From NCBI GenBank assembly GCA_031289585.1, contig JAITPF010000006.1:7281-71280 (forward strand): a DNA stretch of 64,000 bases. Reading direction: 5' to 3'. The notes under the pieces were generated by a model. The model saw nothing but the letters and a program-made list of their open reading frames with translations, did no database searches and was not told the DNA's origin. Shown here piece after piece: positions 51,214 to 60,716 of this stretch. Every line of letters begins with the position of its first letter. Positions within the stretch are counted from its first letter, which is position 1. Source of the DNA: Endomicrobium sp. Its GTDB lineage: Bacteria > Elusimicrobiota > Endomicrobiia > Endomicrobiales > Endomicrobiaceae. Position numbers and translations under genes: made by a program.

Positions 51214-52546
51214 AATATCAATTTTAATATTTATACTTTTATTACTTATAGGTCTATATTTTATTATGCCGCAAACAAATGGTGTATGTATTGTGTGGGC
51301 ATCTTTTATTGCTTTATCTGGGTTGTATTATTCACAGTGGTTTAAGAAAGCTGTTTTGATTTCTTCATGTATAGCGTGTGTTGTAGCTCTTTTATTTGTG
51401 AAAGAATATCCTTTTTCGATACTAAGCGCATGTGTAATTTTCCTTTCAATGGTTCCGATACCATATTATTTTCATATAAAATCCAAAAAGTTGAAAAAAG
51501 AATTTTTTTTGAAAAATAGGATGCTTAAGATCAAACATAAAGCAAATCTTTTGAAACTTAAAAAATCATTTAATGAAAGACAAAAATACGAAGATAATAT
51601 AGAAATAATGATGCAGATTTACATTATAGGAAAAGAAATATCAAAATGTGTTTCAAAAGGTGAATGTGCAGAAACAATTTTAAAAACTCTTAAAGAAAAA
51701 ACAGGAATTATAGGCTGTAGCTTTTTTGAAAAGACTAAAGTAGACTGGAAAATGCTTGCATCTTCTGAGATTCTGCATAATGAAAATTTAATTCCATATA
51801 TACAATCGTTGGAATTTTCAAATAATGATAAAAAGTTCGGTGTTATGTACAGTAGAAAGTTTAGCAATCGCAATTTTGAAATGGTTTACTGGCCTTTAAA
51901 AATAGCGGATGAACTTTTGGGCTGTATTATAATAGTTACAGATACAGAAGATGCTAATAGGTATGTTGAAGAGGGTTCAATTTTCGGACCGCAAATTTCT
52001 TTAGGTTTAAAGAGAATAAATCTTTTTAATCAGATTGATGAGAAATCAAGAAAAGACGGGCTTACTGGATTATATCTTAAACGTTATTTTTTACAGAGAT
52101 TAGATTTAGAAATGCAGAGAGGACAACGCTATAATGATGGATTTTATATTTTAATGTTGGATTTGGATTATTTTAAGGATGTGAATGATAAATATGGACA
52201 TTTAGTAGGCGATAAAGTACTTGCAGTTGTTGCCAAATCAATTTCTGATGATGTAAGACTATGTGATTTGGTAAGTAGATACGGTGGGGAAGAATTTATA
52301 ATACTAATGCCTATGATTGATAAAAATGAAGTAAAAAACGCAGCTGAAAAAGTAAGAAAATCTATAAAAGATATTATATTTGAAGCAAACAATGATAAAT
52401 TTAATATTACTGTAAGTATCGGTGTTAGTTGCAATTCAAAAAATATTTCCAATCCAGCCCATATAATTAATGCAGCCGATAAAGCTCTGTATAAAGCCAA
52501 AAGCATTGGTCGCAACGAAGTTGTTTTATATGATGAAATTGACTAG
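51203..52546 (+). CDS. Membrane-anchored GAF-like-GGDEF diguanylate cyclase
   Basis: N-terminal TM segments, DGLTGL, DLDYFKDVND.YGH..GD, RLCD, RYGGEEF. Confidence 0.92.
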   Translation: MKNKISILIFILLLLIGLYFIMPQTNGVCIVWASFIALSGLYYSQWFKKAVLISSCIACVVALLFVKEYPFSILSACVIFLSMVPIPYYFHIKSKKLKKEFFLKNRMLKIKHKANLLKLKKSFNERQKYEDNIEIMMQIYIIGKEISKCVSKGECAETILKTLKEKTGIIGCSFFEKTKVDWKMLASSEILHNENLIPYIQSLEFSNNDKKFGVMYSRKFSNRNFEMVYWPLKIADELLGCIIIVTDTEDANRYVEEGSIFGPQISLGLKRINLFNQIDEKSRKDGLTGLYLKRYFLQRLDLEMQRGQRYNDGFYILMLDLDYFKDVNDKYGHLVGDKVLAVVAKSISDDVRLCDLVSRYGGEEFIILMPMIDKNEVKNAAEKVRKSIKDIIFEANNDKFNITVSIGVSCNSKNISNPAHIINAADKALYKAKSIGRNEVVLYDEID

Positions 52547-52559
52547 ATAGTTGAATAGG

Positions 52560-52874
52560 TTAAAAGAGTGCGACAAAGATAAAGAAAAGAGAGAAGAAGA
52601 AAAAGGAAGTAAAAAGGGATGCAAAAAAGGAACAATAGGTATAATATTCCATTGTGTTAAGTTGTGTTTAGAAAAGAAAGAAGGATTAATAGGACATGAC
52701 AATAGAGAAGAGGGAAATAAGAGATAGGAAATAAAAGAAGAATTTAATGGGTTGTTGGTTGATTATTTGGTGTATTATAACAGCAAAAGACCGCATTTGT
52801 CTTTGAATCTAAAAACGCCTTTGGAGATAATGTTTCAAAATTCTAAAATGTCGCATATCTATGTAACCGATACA
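52560..52874 (+). mobile_element. Degenerate IS481-type (integrase-core) transposase 3' end with right terminus
   Basis: Reads EEFNGLLVDYLVYYNSKRPHLSLNLKTPLEIM...KMSHIYVTDT, ending ...ACA; upstream part contains many stops. Confidence 0.7.
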
Positions 52875-52932
52875 GGATATTGAAAAGTGAAGCTTTTTTT
52901 TGATAAAATAATACAATGTGTAAATTTAAATA

Positions 52933-53058
52933 AGCACACAATCGGATTTGCCGATGGTCCCTTAAAATAGGGTTTCGGATATTGAAGATTGCGGAAGCCG
53001 TGGGACGGAAGTATAAAATTGTCCGAAACGGAAACAGTAAAAACCAAAGGAGATAAGT
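52933..53058 (+). promoter_or_regulatory. Structured rpsB 5' leader (probable S2 autoregulatory element)
   Basis: Begins GCACAC; pairings GTCCC/GGGAC and TTCGGATA/TGTCCGAA; AAGGAG SD before GTG. Confidence 0.55.
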
Positions 53059-53838
53059 GTGGCAAACATTACAATGAAGGCTTTGCTAGAAGCTGGAGTC
53101 CATTTTGGACATCAAACCAGAAGATGGAATCCAAAAATGGCAAAATTTATTTTTGGAACAAGGAACAAAATTCACATCATTGATCTTCAAAAAACTCTTA
53201 AAGAATTGAAGAGGAATTACAAAGTTATAAGAGATTTTGTTGCTGAAGGAAGAGAAGTAATATTTGTAGGAACAAAGAAACAAGCACAGCTTCCAGTAAA
53301 AACAGAAGCATTACGTTGTGGAGCATATTTTGTTTCTGAAAGATGGCTTGGGGGAACGCTTACAAATTTTGAAACGTTAAAAAAGTCAATTGCAAGATAC
53401 AGAGAAATAGAAAAGATGAAAGAAGATGAAGTTTTTAAACTTCTTTCAAAAAAAGAGCAATCTCAAATTGAAAAAGAGAGAATAAGACTTGAAAAATCTT
53501 TGGAAGGACTTAAAAATATGTCGAGTCTTCCAGGACTTATGTTTGTTGTAGATCCGTATGAAGAAGCGACTGCTGTTGCAGAAGCAAGAAAACTCAATAT
53601 TCCGGTTGTTGCAATTTGCGATACAAACTGTAATCCTAATTTAGTTGACTATCCTATTCCCGGAAATGATGATGCTATAAGAGCCGTAAAACTTTTCTGC
53701 TCTATTGTTGCAGAGGCTGTTTTAGAAGGTAAAGGTGTTACTGAAAAGAAAGAAGATGATGCGGGAGAAGAAACGGCTTTAGAAGTTAAAGAGGAAAATA
53801 AAACAGAAGAGAATATACAGGAAGGGGAAGTAAAATAA
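53059..53838 (+). CDS. rpsB: 30S ribosomal protein S2
   Basis: [39 protein letters not shown]. Confidence 0.98.
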   Translation: MANITMKALLEAGVHFGHQTRRWNPKMAKFIFGTRNKIHIIDLQKTLKELKRNYKVIRDFVAEGREVIFVGTKKQAQLPVKTEALRCGAYFVSERWLGGTLTNFETLKKSIARYREIEKMKEDEVFKLLSKKEQSQIEKERIRLEKSLEGLKNMSSLPGLMFVVDPYEEATAVAEARKLNIPVVAICDTNCNPNLVDYPIPGNDDAIRAVKLFCSIVAEAVLEGKGVTEKKEDDAGEETALEVKEENKTEENIQEGEVK

Positions 53839-54431
53839 TGTCAACTGAGTTTATAACAAAGTTAAGAGAAATGACAGGTGCAGGGATAATGGATTGCAGA
53901 AATGCATTAAAAGAGTCAAGTAATGATATAGATAAAGCATGTCAATGGTTAAGAGAAAAAGGTATAGCATCGGCTGTTAAAAAAGCGGGTAGATCTGCAA
54001 AGCAGGGACTAGTGTACTCATATATACATGGTAATGGGACACTTGGTGTTTTAGTTGAAGTAAACTGTGAAACTGATTTTGTTGCAAAAACTGAAGATTT
54101 TCAGAATTTGGTTAAAGAAATTGCGATGCAGATTGCTGCAGTTGCTCCTATTTACGTTTCACGAGATCAGGTTCCTACAAGTATCCTTGAAGCTGAAAAG
54201 GAAATTTATAAAGCTAATCTTAAAGAAGAGGGCAAGCATGAGAAAGTTTGGGATAAAATTATTGAAGGTAAAATTGAAAAATTTTACAGTCAAGTATGTT
54301 TGTATGATCAACTTTATATGAGAGATGCTTCTGGTAAGGAAACAATAAAAGATTTAGTTACAAATATCATTGCAAAAATTGGTGAGAATATAGTAATAAA
54401 AAGATTTGCGAGATTTAAACTTGGAGAATAA
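53838..54431 (+). CDS. tsf: Elongation factor Ts (short form)
   Basis: LREMTGAGIMDC, EVNCETDFVA, KIGENI.I.RF. Confidence 0.96.
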   Translation: MSTEFITKLREMTGAGIMDCRNALKESSNDIDKACQWLREKGIASAVKKAGRSAKQGLVYSYIHGNGTLGVLVEVNCETDFVAKTEDFQNLVKEIAMQIAAVAPIYVSRDQVPTSILEAEKEIYKANLKEEGKHEKVWDKIIEGKIEKFYSQVCLYDQLYMRDASGKETIKDLVTNIIAKIGENIVIKRFARFKLGE

Positions 54432-54436
54432 TAATA

Positions 54437-55132
54437 ATGTCTGCAAGAAGAGTACTTTTAAAACTTTCAGGGGAATCTCTTTCTAATGAAAGATCTTCAA
54501 TAAATGCAGATAGTCTTTCAAGAACTGTAAATGAAATTAAGAGTGCTGTTTCTTCTGGAGTGCAGCTTGCAATTGTTATTGGCGCAGGAAACATTTGGAG
54601 AGGAGCAGATAAGTTTATAGAGAGAGTTACTGCAGATAGGATGGGAATGTTAGCGACAGTTATGAACTCTCTTGCTTTAAATGATGCTTTGGAAAAAGCA
54701 GGTATAAAGTCAAAAGTATTTTCAGCAAGCGGTGTAAGCGATTTTGTTGAAAATTTTAACAGAGAAAAAGTTATTAGATGTATTGAGCAGGAGAATATAG
54801 TTATTTTTGCCGGTGGTACTGGAAATCCTTTTTTCACAACGGATACTACGGCTGTTTTAAGAGCTGCAGAAATAAAAGCTGATATGTTGCTAAAAGCTAC
54901 ACAAGTTGACGGGGTTTATAGTGCAGATCCGAAAAAAAATAAAGATGTTATAAAGTTTAAATCTTTAACTTTTAAAGAAGCTTTGAATAAACATTTAAAA
55001 ATAATGGATGCTGAGGCTTTTTCATTATGTATGCAGACAAATATATCAATTACTGTATTTGATTTTTATAAAGATGGTAATTTAAAGAAAATTTTGAGCG
55101 GTGAGAAAATAGGTACAATAGTGGAGGCATAA
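54437..55132 (+). CDS. pyrH: UMP kinase
   Basis: LKLSGE, D.MGMLAT.MN, GTGNPFFTTD, VDGVY..DP. Confidence 0.96.
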   Translation: MSARRVLLKLSGESLSNERSSINADSLSRTVNEIKSAVSSGVQLAIVIGAGNIWRGADKFIERVTADRMGMLATVMNSLALNDALEKAGIKSKVFSASGVSDFVENFNREKVIRCIEQENIVIFAGGTGNPFFTTDTTAVLRAAEIKADMLLKATQVDGVYSADPKKNKDVIKFKSLTFKEALNKHLKIMDAEAFSLCMQTNISITVFDFYKDGNLKKILSGEKIGTIVEA

Positions 55133-55133
55133 A

Positions 55134-55694
55134 ATGCAAGTGCAAAGTTTTTTTTCTGCGTCAGAAGAGGCCATGAAAAGAACTATAGATAGGCTGAAAA
55201 GCGAATTATCTTCAATAAGAACTGGAAGAGCAAGTAGCGCTGTAATAGAGGGGATAAAAGTTGAAAGTTATGGTTCTCTTATGCCTATAAATCAGATTGC
55301 TGGTATAAGCATTCCAGATGCAAAAACAATAGAAATAAAACCTTGGGATGTTTCTCAGTTGGGTGCGATAGAGAAAGCAATACTTAAAGCTGATATAGGA
55401 ATGACTCCAGTAAATGATGGAAAACTTATACGCATTTCTGTTCCTCTTCTTACGGAAGAAAGAAGAAAAGAAATAGCGAAATCTATAAGCAAAATAGCAG
55501 AAGAATTCAGGGTTGCCGTAAGAAATGAAAGAAGAGTATTGGTTGAAAATATAAAAAAACTTGAAAAGGATAAAGTTATAACTGAAGATGATAAAAAGAA
55601 ATTTGAGATAGAAGTTCAGAAAATAACAGATGGTTATATAAAGAAAATAGATGAGAGTGTGTTAGTTAAAGAAAAAGAAGTTATGCAAATATAA
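55134..55694 (+). CDS. frr: Ribosome recycling factor
   Basis: IRTGRA, PWD, NDGKLIR, LTEERRKE. Confidence 0.96.
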   Translation: MQVQSFFSASEEAMKRTIDRLKSELSSIRTGRASSAVIEGIKVESYGSLMPINQIAGISIPDAKTIEIKPWDVSQLGAIEKAILKADIGMTPVNDGKLIRISVPLLTEERRKEIAKSISKIAEEFRVAVRNERRVLVENIKKLEKDKVITEDDKKKFEIEVQKITDGYIKKIDESVLVKEKEVMQI

Positions 55695-55767
55695 ATAATG
55701 CTGTGTCTCCATTAATATTGTTTATAGGGGATGTGTTTTTTTAAATTATAAAGGGAGGGCAGTTATA

Positions 55768-55941
55768 ATGGCTTATCAGATTGATGCAAATATTTGTGTA
55801 GGATGCGGAGCTTGTGCAGGAAATTGTCCTGTTTCGGCTATTGACCAGAAAGAAGATAAGTATGCAATTAATTCTGATGTTTGTGTGGGATGTGGAGCCT
55901 GCGAATCAACTTGCCCAGTAAGTGCTATTTCTCAGAAATAA
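55768..55941 (+). CDS. 2[4Fe-4S] ferredoxin, 57 aa (absent from ORF track)
   Basis: MAYQIDANICVGCGACAGNCPVSAI...CVGCGACESTCPVSAISQK*; GGGAGG RBS. Confidence 0.93.
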   Translation: MAYQIDANICVGCGACAGNCPVSAIDQKEDKYAINSDVCVGCGACESTCPVSAISQK

Positions 55942-55951
55942 AGGAAATTTT

Positions 55952-56629
55952 TTGATACCCGTACACATAGCTATTATAATGGACGGGAATGGTAGGTGGG
56001 CCAAGAAAAGAGCTTTACCTAGAGTTTTTGGTCATAAACAAGGGGTCAAGACCGTAAAAAAGATTGTAAAGGCTGCAAGCAATCTTGGCATTAAGGTTTT
56101 GACCTTATATGCTTTTTCTACAGAGAACTGGAAGAGACCGCAATCTGAAATAAACTTACTGTTTTCTTTACTTATGAAGTTTATAAAGAAAGAATTAAAA
56201 GAATTAAATGATTTTGATATTCGCTTAAGAATATTGGGAGATTTATCAAAGTTTCCTGAAAATATAAAAAATGAAATTGACAGAGTTTGTGAAATTACGT
56301 CTAAAAATACAGGATTTGAGTTAAATATAGCTTTAAATTACGGAGCAAGACAGGAACTAATACGTGCTTTTGAAGAGATGTCAAAGCAAGGTATAAAAAA
56401 GCCTACAGAAGAAATTGTATCGTCTTTTTTATATACTAATGGACAACCTGATCCAGATTTGCTTATTCGCACTTCAGGAGAGTTTAGGATATCAAATTTT
56501 CTTCTTTGGCAAATTGCATATTCTGAAATTTATATAACAAATAAATTATGGCCTGATTTTACACAACAGGACTTAGAAGCTGCAATATCAGAATTTCAAA
56601 AAAGAGAAAGACGCTTTGGTGGAATTTGA
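55952..56629 (+). CDS. uppS: Undecaprenyl diphosphate synthase
   Basis: HIAIIMDGNGRWA, YAFSTENWKRP, LIRTSGE.RISNFLLWQ; TTG start after AAGGA. Confidence 0.95.
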   Translation: MIPVHIAIIMDGNGRWAKKRALPRVFGHKQGVKTVKKIVKAASNLGIKVLTLYAFSTENWKRPQSEINLLFSLLMKFIKKELKELNDFDIRLRILGDLSKFPENIKNEIDRVCEITSKNTGFELNIALNYGARQELIRAFEEMSKQGIKKPTEEIVSSFLYTNGQPDPDLLIRTSGEFRISNFLLWQIAYSEIYITNKLWPDFTQQDLEAAISEFQKRERRFGGI

Positions 56630-56659
56630 TATAACGTAATAAAATGGATGGAAATATAT

Positions 56660-57457
56660 ATGCTGCTAACTAGAATATTAACTGCAATTATTGGAATACC
56701 ACTTATTTTTGTGTGTGTATATTATGGAAGTATTTCATTTTATATGATGATGTTTTTTGTATCAGTCCTATCTGTTTATGAATATTTAACTATATCAAAA
56801 AAATATAATCCTCATACTCTTGTGTCGCTTATAATGTCTGCGGTGTTTTTTGTGTTTTTATATTTCTTTAAAGATTTTCCTTTAGATAAAGTTATAATTT
56901 CCGCTATTGTAATGATGTTTGTTCTTTTTGGAATTGAAATTTTTGATAAAAATCCTGATTTATGCGTAATGAGAATATCATCATCTTTTTTCGGTGCATT
57001 TTTTATTCCTCTTACTTTAATGCATTTGGTTTATATACGTGATTTAAACGATGGAAAAGAATTGATATTTTTCATTTTTATAGTTGTTTGGATTTTAGAT
57101 ACTGCTGCTTATGCTTTTGGTTCAAGGTTTGGTAAACATCAACTTGCAAAGAGTATAAGTCCTAAAAAAACGGTGGAAGGAGCAATTGTAGGTATTGTTT
57201 TTGGAATTTTGGCAGCTGTTGTTTTTAGATATATGTTTATGCAAGAAATTTTGACTATATGGTATTCTGTGATTTTAGGATTTGTAATTGCTGTTGTAGG
57301 GCAATTTTCAGATCTTGCGGAGTCTCTTATTAAAAGAGATGGAAACATTAAAGATTCTGGAAAAATAATACCAGGTCATGGCGGAGTTTTTGATAGATTT
57401 GATTCTTATATATTTGCAGCTCCCGCAGTTTATTACATTTTTCAATTTTTAAAATGA
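56660..57457 (+). CDS. cdsA: Phosphatidate cytidylyltransferase
   Basis: DT.AY..G, ISPKKTVEG, DLAES.IKR..IKDSG..IPGHGG.FDRFDS. Confidence 0.95.
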   Translation: MLLTRILTAIIGIPLIFVCVYYGSISFYMMMFFVSVLSVYEYLTISKKYNPHTLVSLIMSAVFFVFLYFFKDFPLDKVIISAIVMMFVLFGIEIFDKNPDLCVMRISSSFFGAFFIPLTLMHLVYIRDLNDGKELIFFIFIVVWILDTAAYAFGSRFGKHQLAKSISPKKTVEGAIVGIVFGILAAVVFRYMFMQEILTIWYSVILGFVIAVVGQFSDLAESLIKRDGNIKDSGKIIPGHGGVFDRFDSYIFAAPAVYYIFQFLK

Positions 57458-58617
57458 AAAGAATAGCTATTTTAGGTTCATCAGGTTCAATAGGAACGCA
57501 GACTCTTGATATAGTTTCTAAAATGAAAGATAATATTTGTGTCGAAGGGCTTGCCGTTAGCTCTAACATAAAAGTTTTAAAGACGCAAATTAAAAAATTT
57601 AAACCATCAGCAGTGTTTATAAAAAGTTCTACAGATGCACATAACTTGAAACAATGGTGTGTTTTTAATAACATAAAAACTGATGTTTATAGTGGAAATA
57701 CAGGTCTTGAAAAACTTGCAACGATGCCGAATGTTGATATGGTTCTTGCTGCAATAGTAGGTGCTGTGGGTTTAAAATCTACTATAGCTGCAATAAAAGC
57801 AAAAAAAAATATTGCTATTGCAAATAAAGAATCACTTGTTATAGCAGGAAATTATATAATGAAGCTTGCTGCTGAAAACGGAGTTTCAATACTTCCCGTT
57901 GATAGCGAACATTCTGCAATATTTCAATGCTGTACTGGCGAGAAAAAAGCACATATAAAAAAAATAATACTTACAGCTTCTGGTGGACCATTTTATAAAT
58001 ATAATAAAGATTTTTCTAAAATAACAGTTGAACAGGCTTTGGCTCATCCGACGTGGAATATGGGTAAGAAAATAACGATTGACAGCGCTACTCTTATGAA
58101 TAAAGGACTTGAAGCTATAGAGGCATCTATCCTTTTTGGTCTACCTATAGATAAAGTTGAAATTGTTATACATCCTCAATCTATAGTACATTCAATGGTA
58201 GAGTATGTTGATGGTTCAGTTATAGCACAGCTTTCAAATCCAGATATGAAGCTACCTATACAATATGCTTTAACTTATCCAGAAAGATTGTCATCAAATA
58301 TTAAGACGTTAAATCTTGCTGATATTGGTAAATTAGAGTTTTACAAGCCTAATTTTGATAAGTTTCTGTGTTTGAAACTTGCATATTTTGCAGCAAAAAA
58401 AAGCTATACTATGCCTGCTGTGATGAATGCAGCAAATGAAACAGCAGTTGCAGCTTTTTTAAATGGAGAAGTAAAGTTTACATATATTGCAAAAATTGTT
58501 GAAAAAACTATGAAAGCTCATGAAATGTCAAAAAATATGTCGTTAGATACTTTTGTCGAAGCTGATTCTTGGGCTAGACAGTATGCAGAAAAATTAATAA
58601 GAGTCTGTTCAAACTAA
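57454..58617 (+). CDS. dxr: 1-deoxy-D-xylulose 5-phosphate reductoisomerase
   Basis: LGSSGSIG, ANKESLV, PVDSEH, TASGGPF, HPTW.MG.KITIDSAT. Confidence 0.97.
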   Translation: MKRIAILGSSGSIGTQTLDIVSKMKDNICVEGLAVSSNIKVLKTQIKKFKPSAVFIKSSTDAHNLKQWCVFNNIKTDVYSGNTGLEKLATMPNVDMVLAAIVGAVGLKSTIAAIKAKKNIAIANKESLVIAGNYIMKLAAENGVSILPVDSEHSAIFQCCTGEKKAHIKKIILTASGGPFYKYNKDFSKITVEQALAHPTWNMGKKITIDSATLMNKGLEAIEASILFGLPIDKVEIVIHPQSIVHSMVEYVDGSVIAQLSNPDMKLPIQYALTYPERLSSNIKTLNLADIGKLEFYKPNFDKFLCLKLAYFAAKKSYTMPAVMNAANETAVAAFLNGEVKFTYIAKIVEKTMKAHEMSKNMSLDTFVEADSWARQYAEKLIRVCSN

Positions 58618-58837
58618 TAGGACGAAAGTGCTGCTTGGATTTTTGAAGAAATCTTGACTATTTTGTTATAGATAATATTGGTATTGATAGAACAAAACTG
58701 GTAAAATTTACCAAAACGCTGCCGCAGTCCGAAAAGTTGGAGCAAAAATGGTCAATTGTAGCGTTGCCAAGATGCGTTAATAATCACATTTTCGCTTGAC
58801 TGCTCCGAACGCTTTTGCCATATTAGCAACGACTCTA
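58598..58837 (+). mobile_element. MITE family B copy overlapping the dxr 3' end
   Basis: AGAGTCTGTTCAAACTAATAGGACGAAAGTGCTGCTTGGATTTTTGA ... AACGCTTTTGCCATATTAGCAACGACTCTA. Confidence 0.78.
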
Positions 58838-58851
58838 CAAAGGGGATATAA

Positions 58852-59907
58852 ATGGTTGTAATTCTTCAAATACTTGGTGCTGTAATAGGTTTAGGTTTTC
58901 TAGTTTTTATACACGAACTCGGACATTTTTTTGCTGCTAAGATGTGTAAAGTTCAAATATTGACTTTTGCTTTAGGTTTTGGTCCAGACTTAATTAAACA
59001 TACTTACAAAGGCACAAAATATTGTATAAAAGCAATTCCTCTTGGCGGATTTGTTGCTATGGCAGGTGAAAATCCTCAAGAAGCTACAGGTGCTGATGGA
59101 GAATACCTATCTTTACAATGGTATAAAAAAATATGGGTATCACTTGCAGGTCCTTTTTCAAATTATATTTTGGCTGTTCTTATTTTTATATTTATTTTTA
59201 ATATCTGGGGTGTATCAACAGAATCTACAGATTCTTTGATAGGAAACGTTACTGAAAATTATCCTGCTGCAGCTGCAGGGCTTATGCCTGGAGATAAAAT
59301 AAAATCAATAGATGATGTTGATATAGATACATTTAATGATTTAATTACAAATTTAAAAGATAAAGCAGATAAAAAGACTTCTTTTATAGTGGAAAGAGGA
59401 AGTTATTCTTTTGAATTAAATATGATTGTTGCAAAAAATCCTATAACAGGTGCAGGCGTAATAGGTATAAGTCCTGCAGTAATAAAAACAGAAGTAGGCT
59501 TTTTTAAATCTGTATATCTTGGGGCAAAAATTTCAGTAGGTCAAACAATTATGAGTCTTGCATATCTTACAGATAAAGTTGTTTCATTAGAAAAACCTGA
59601 CATTTCAGGACCTATTGGTATTATGCGGGTTATGGCAAATGTTACAAAAGCAGGAATGCAGGATTATTTAAGGCTTATTGCCATTATATCGGTCGCTATG
59701 GGATTATTTAATCTTTTACCGATTCCTATGGTTGATGGTGGAATGATAATATTGTTTTTTATTGAAGGAATAATTGGGAAGAAAATAAGTACAAAAATTG
59801 TTCAGATTTATAATACAATAGGCTTGATTTTTATATTGTGTATTTTCTTTTTTGCAACATATAGTGATTTGCTTAGGTTAGGTATCGGTAAATTGTTTGG
59901 CAATTGA
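58852..59907 (+). CDS. rseP: RIP metalloprotease RseP
   Basis: HELGH, AGPFSN, PDZ domain, NLLPIP.VDGG. Confidence 0.94.
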   Translation: MVVILQILGAVIGLGFLVFIHELGHFFAAKMCKVQILTFALGFGPDLIKHTYKGTKYCIKAIPLGGFVAMAGENPQEATGADGEYLSLQWYKKIWVSLAGPFSNYILAVLIFIFIFNIWGVSTESTDSLIGNVTENYPAAAAGLMPGDKIKSIDDVDIDTFNDLITNLKDKADKKTSFIVERGSYSFELNMIVAKNPITGAGVIGISPAVIKTEVGFFKSVYLGAKISVGQTIMSLAYLTDKVVSLEKPDISGPIGIMRVMANVTKAGMQDYLRLIAIISVAMGLFNLLPIPMVDGGMIILFFIEGIIGKKISTKIVQIYNTIGLIFILCIFFFATYSDLLRLGIGKLFGN

Positions 59908-59952
59908 TAAATATGAATCTGTATTAAGTTGTTGATGTAATGAGGAATAAAA

Positions 59953-60714
59953 ATGCCAAATACTTACAAAAACAAAAATAAAGAGATTGATAAATTAAAA
60001 AAAGAAATAGATTCCTATCGTCCATTTAATAAGCAATTGGTAAAAAAAGTACAAGAGTACTATCGTGTTGGTTTCACATATACAAGCAATGCACTGGAAG
60101 GTAATTCTCTTAATGAATCTGAAACAAAAGTTATTATTGAAGATGGTATAACTATTGGTGGTAAATCAATAAAAGAACATAATGAAGCATTGGGGCATAG
60201 CCAAGCATATACTTTTCTTGAAAAACTTTCAGAAAACAATCAAATTACAGAATCTGATATCCTTGAATTACATCGGTTGTTTTATTACAGAATAGATGAG
60301 ACTAAAGCTGGCAAGTATAGAAAAGAACAGGTATTTATTTCTGGCACTGATTATTTGCCGCCAAAATATAAAGATATTCCTAGTCTTATGCAAAAATTTA
60401 TTGTATCGCTGCCAAAATTGAAGGATGTTTTGCATCCGGTAAATTATGCCGCAACAATTCATGAAAGAATAGTAACAATTCATCCATTTATAGATGGCAA
60501 CGGAAGAACAGCGCGATTAGTTATGAATCTTGCTTTATTCCAGTCAGGTTATCCCATCGTTATTATTCCTCCAATCTTGCAAAGTGATTATATATCAACT
60601 ATTAAGTTAGCAAATAAAGGTAACATAGAGCCTTTTTATAATTTTATATCAAGTATTGAATATGAAAGCGTTAAGGATTATATTCGATTGTTAGAACATT
60701 ATATTGTGGGATAA
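59953..60714 (+). CDS. Fic-family protein with N-terminal autoinhibitory motif
   Basis: HPFIDGNGRTAR and SNALEGN. Confidence 0.92.
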   Translation: MPNTYKNKNKEIDKLKKEIDSYRPFNKQLVKKVQEYYRVGFTYTSNALEGNSLNESETKVIIEDGITIGGKSIKEHNEALGHSQAYTFLEKLSENNQITESDILELHRLFYYRIDETKAGKYRKEQVFISGTDYLPPKYKDIPSLMQKFIVSLPKLKDVLHPVNYAATIHERIVTIHPFIDGNGRTARLVMNLALFQSGYPIVIIPPILQSDYISTIKLANKGNIEPFYNFISSIEYESVKDYIRLLEHYIVG

Positions 60715-60716
60715 TA

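Noticed and set aside
53838-54431. Truncated EF-Ts
   Set aside because: The form of about 200 aa is a known natural short EF-Ts type and its motifs are intact
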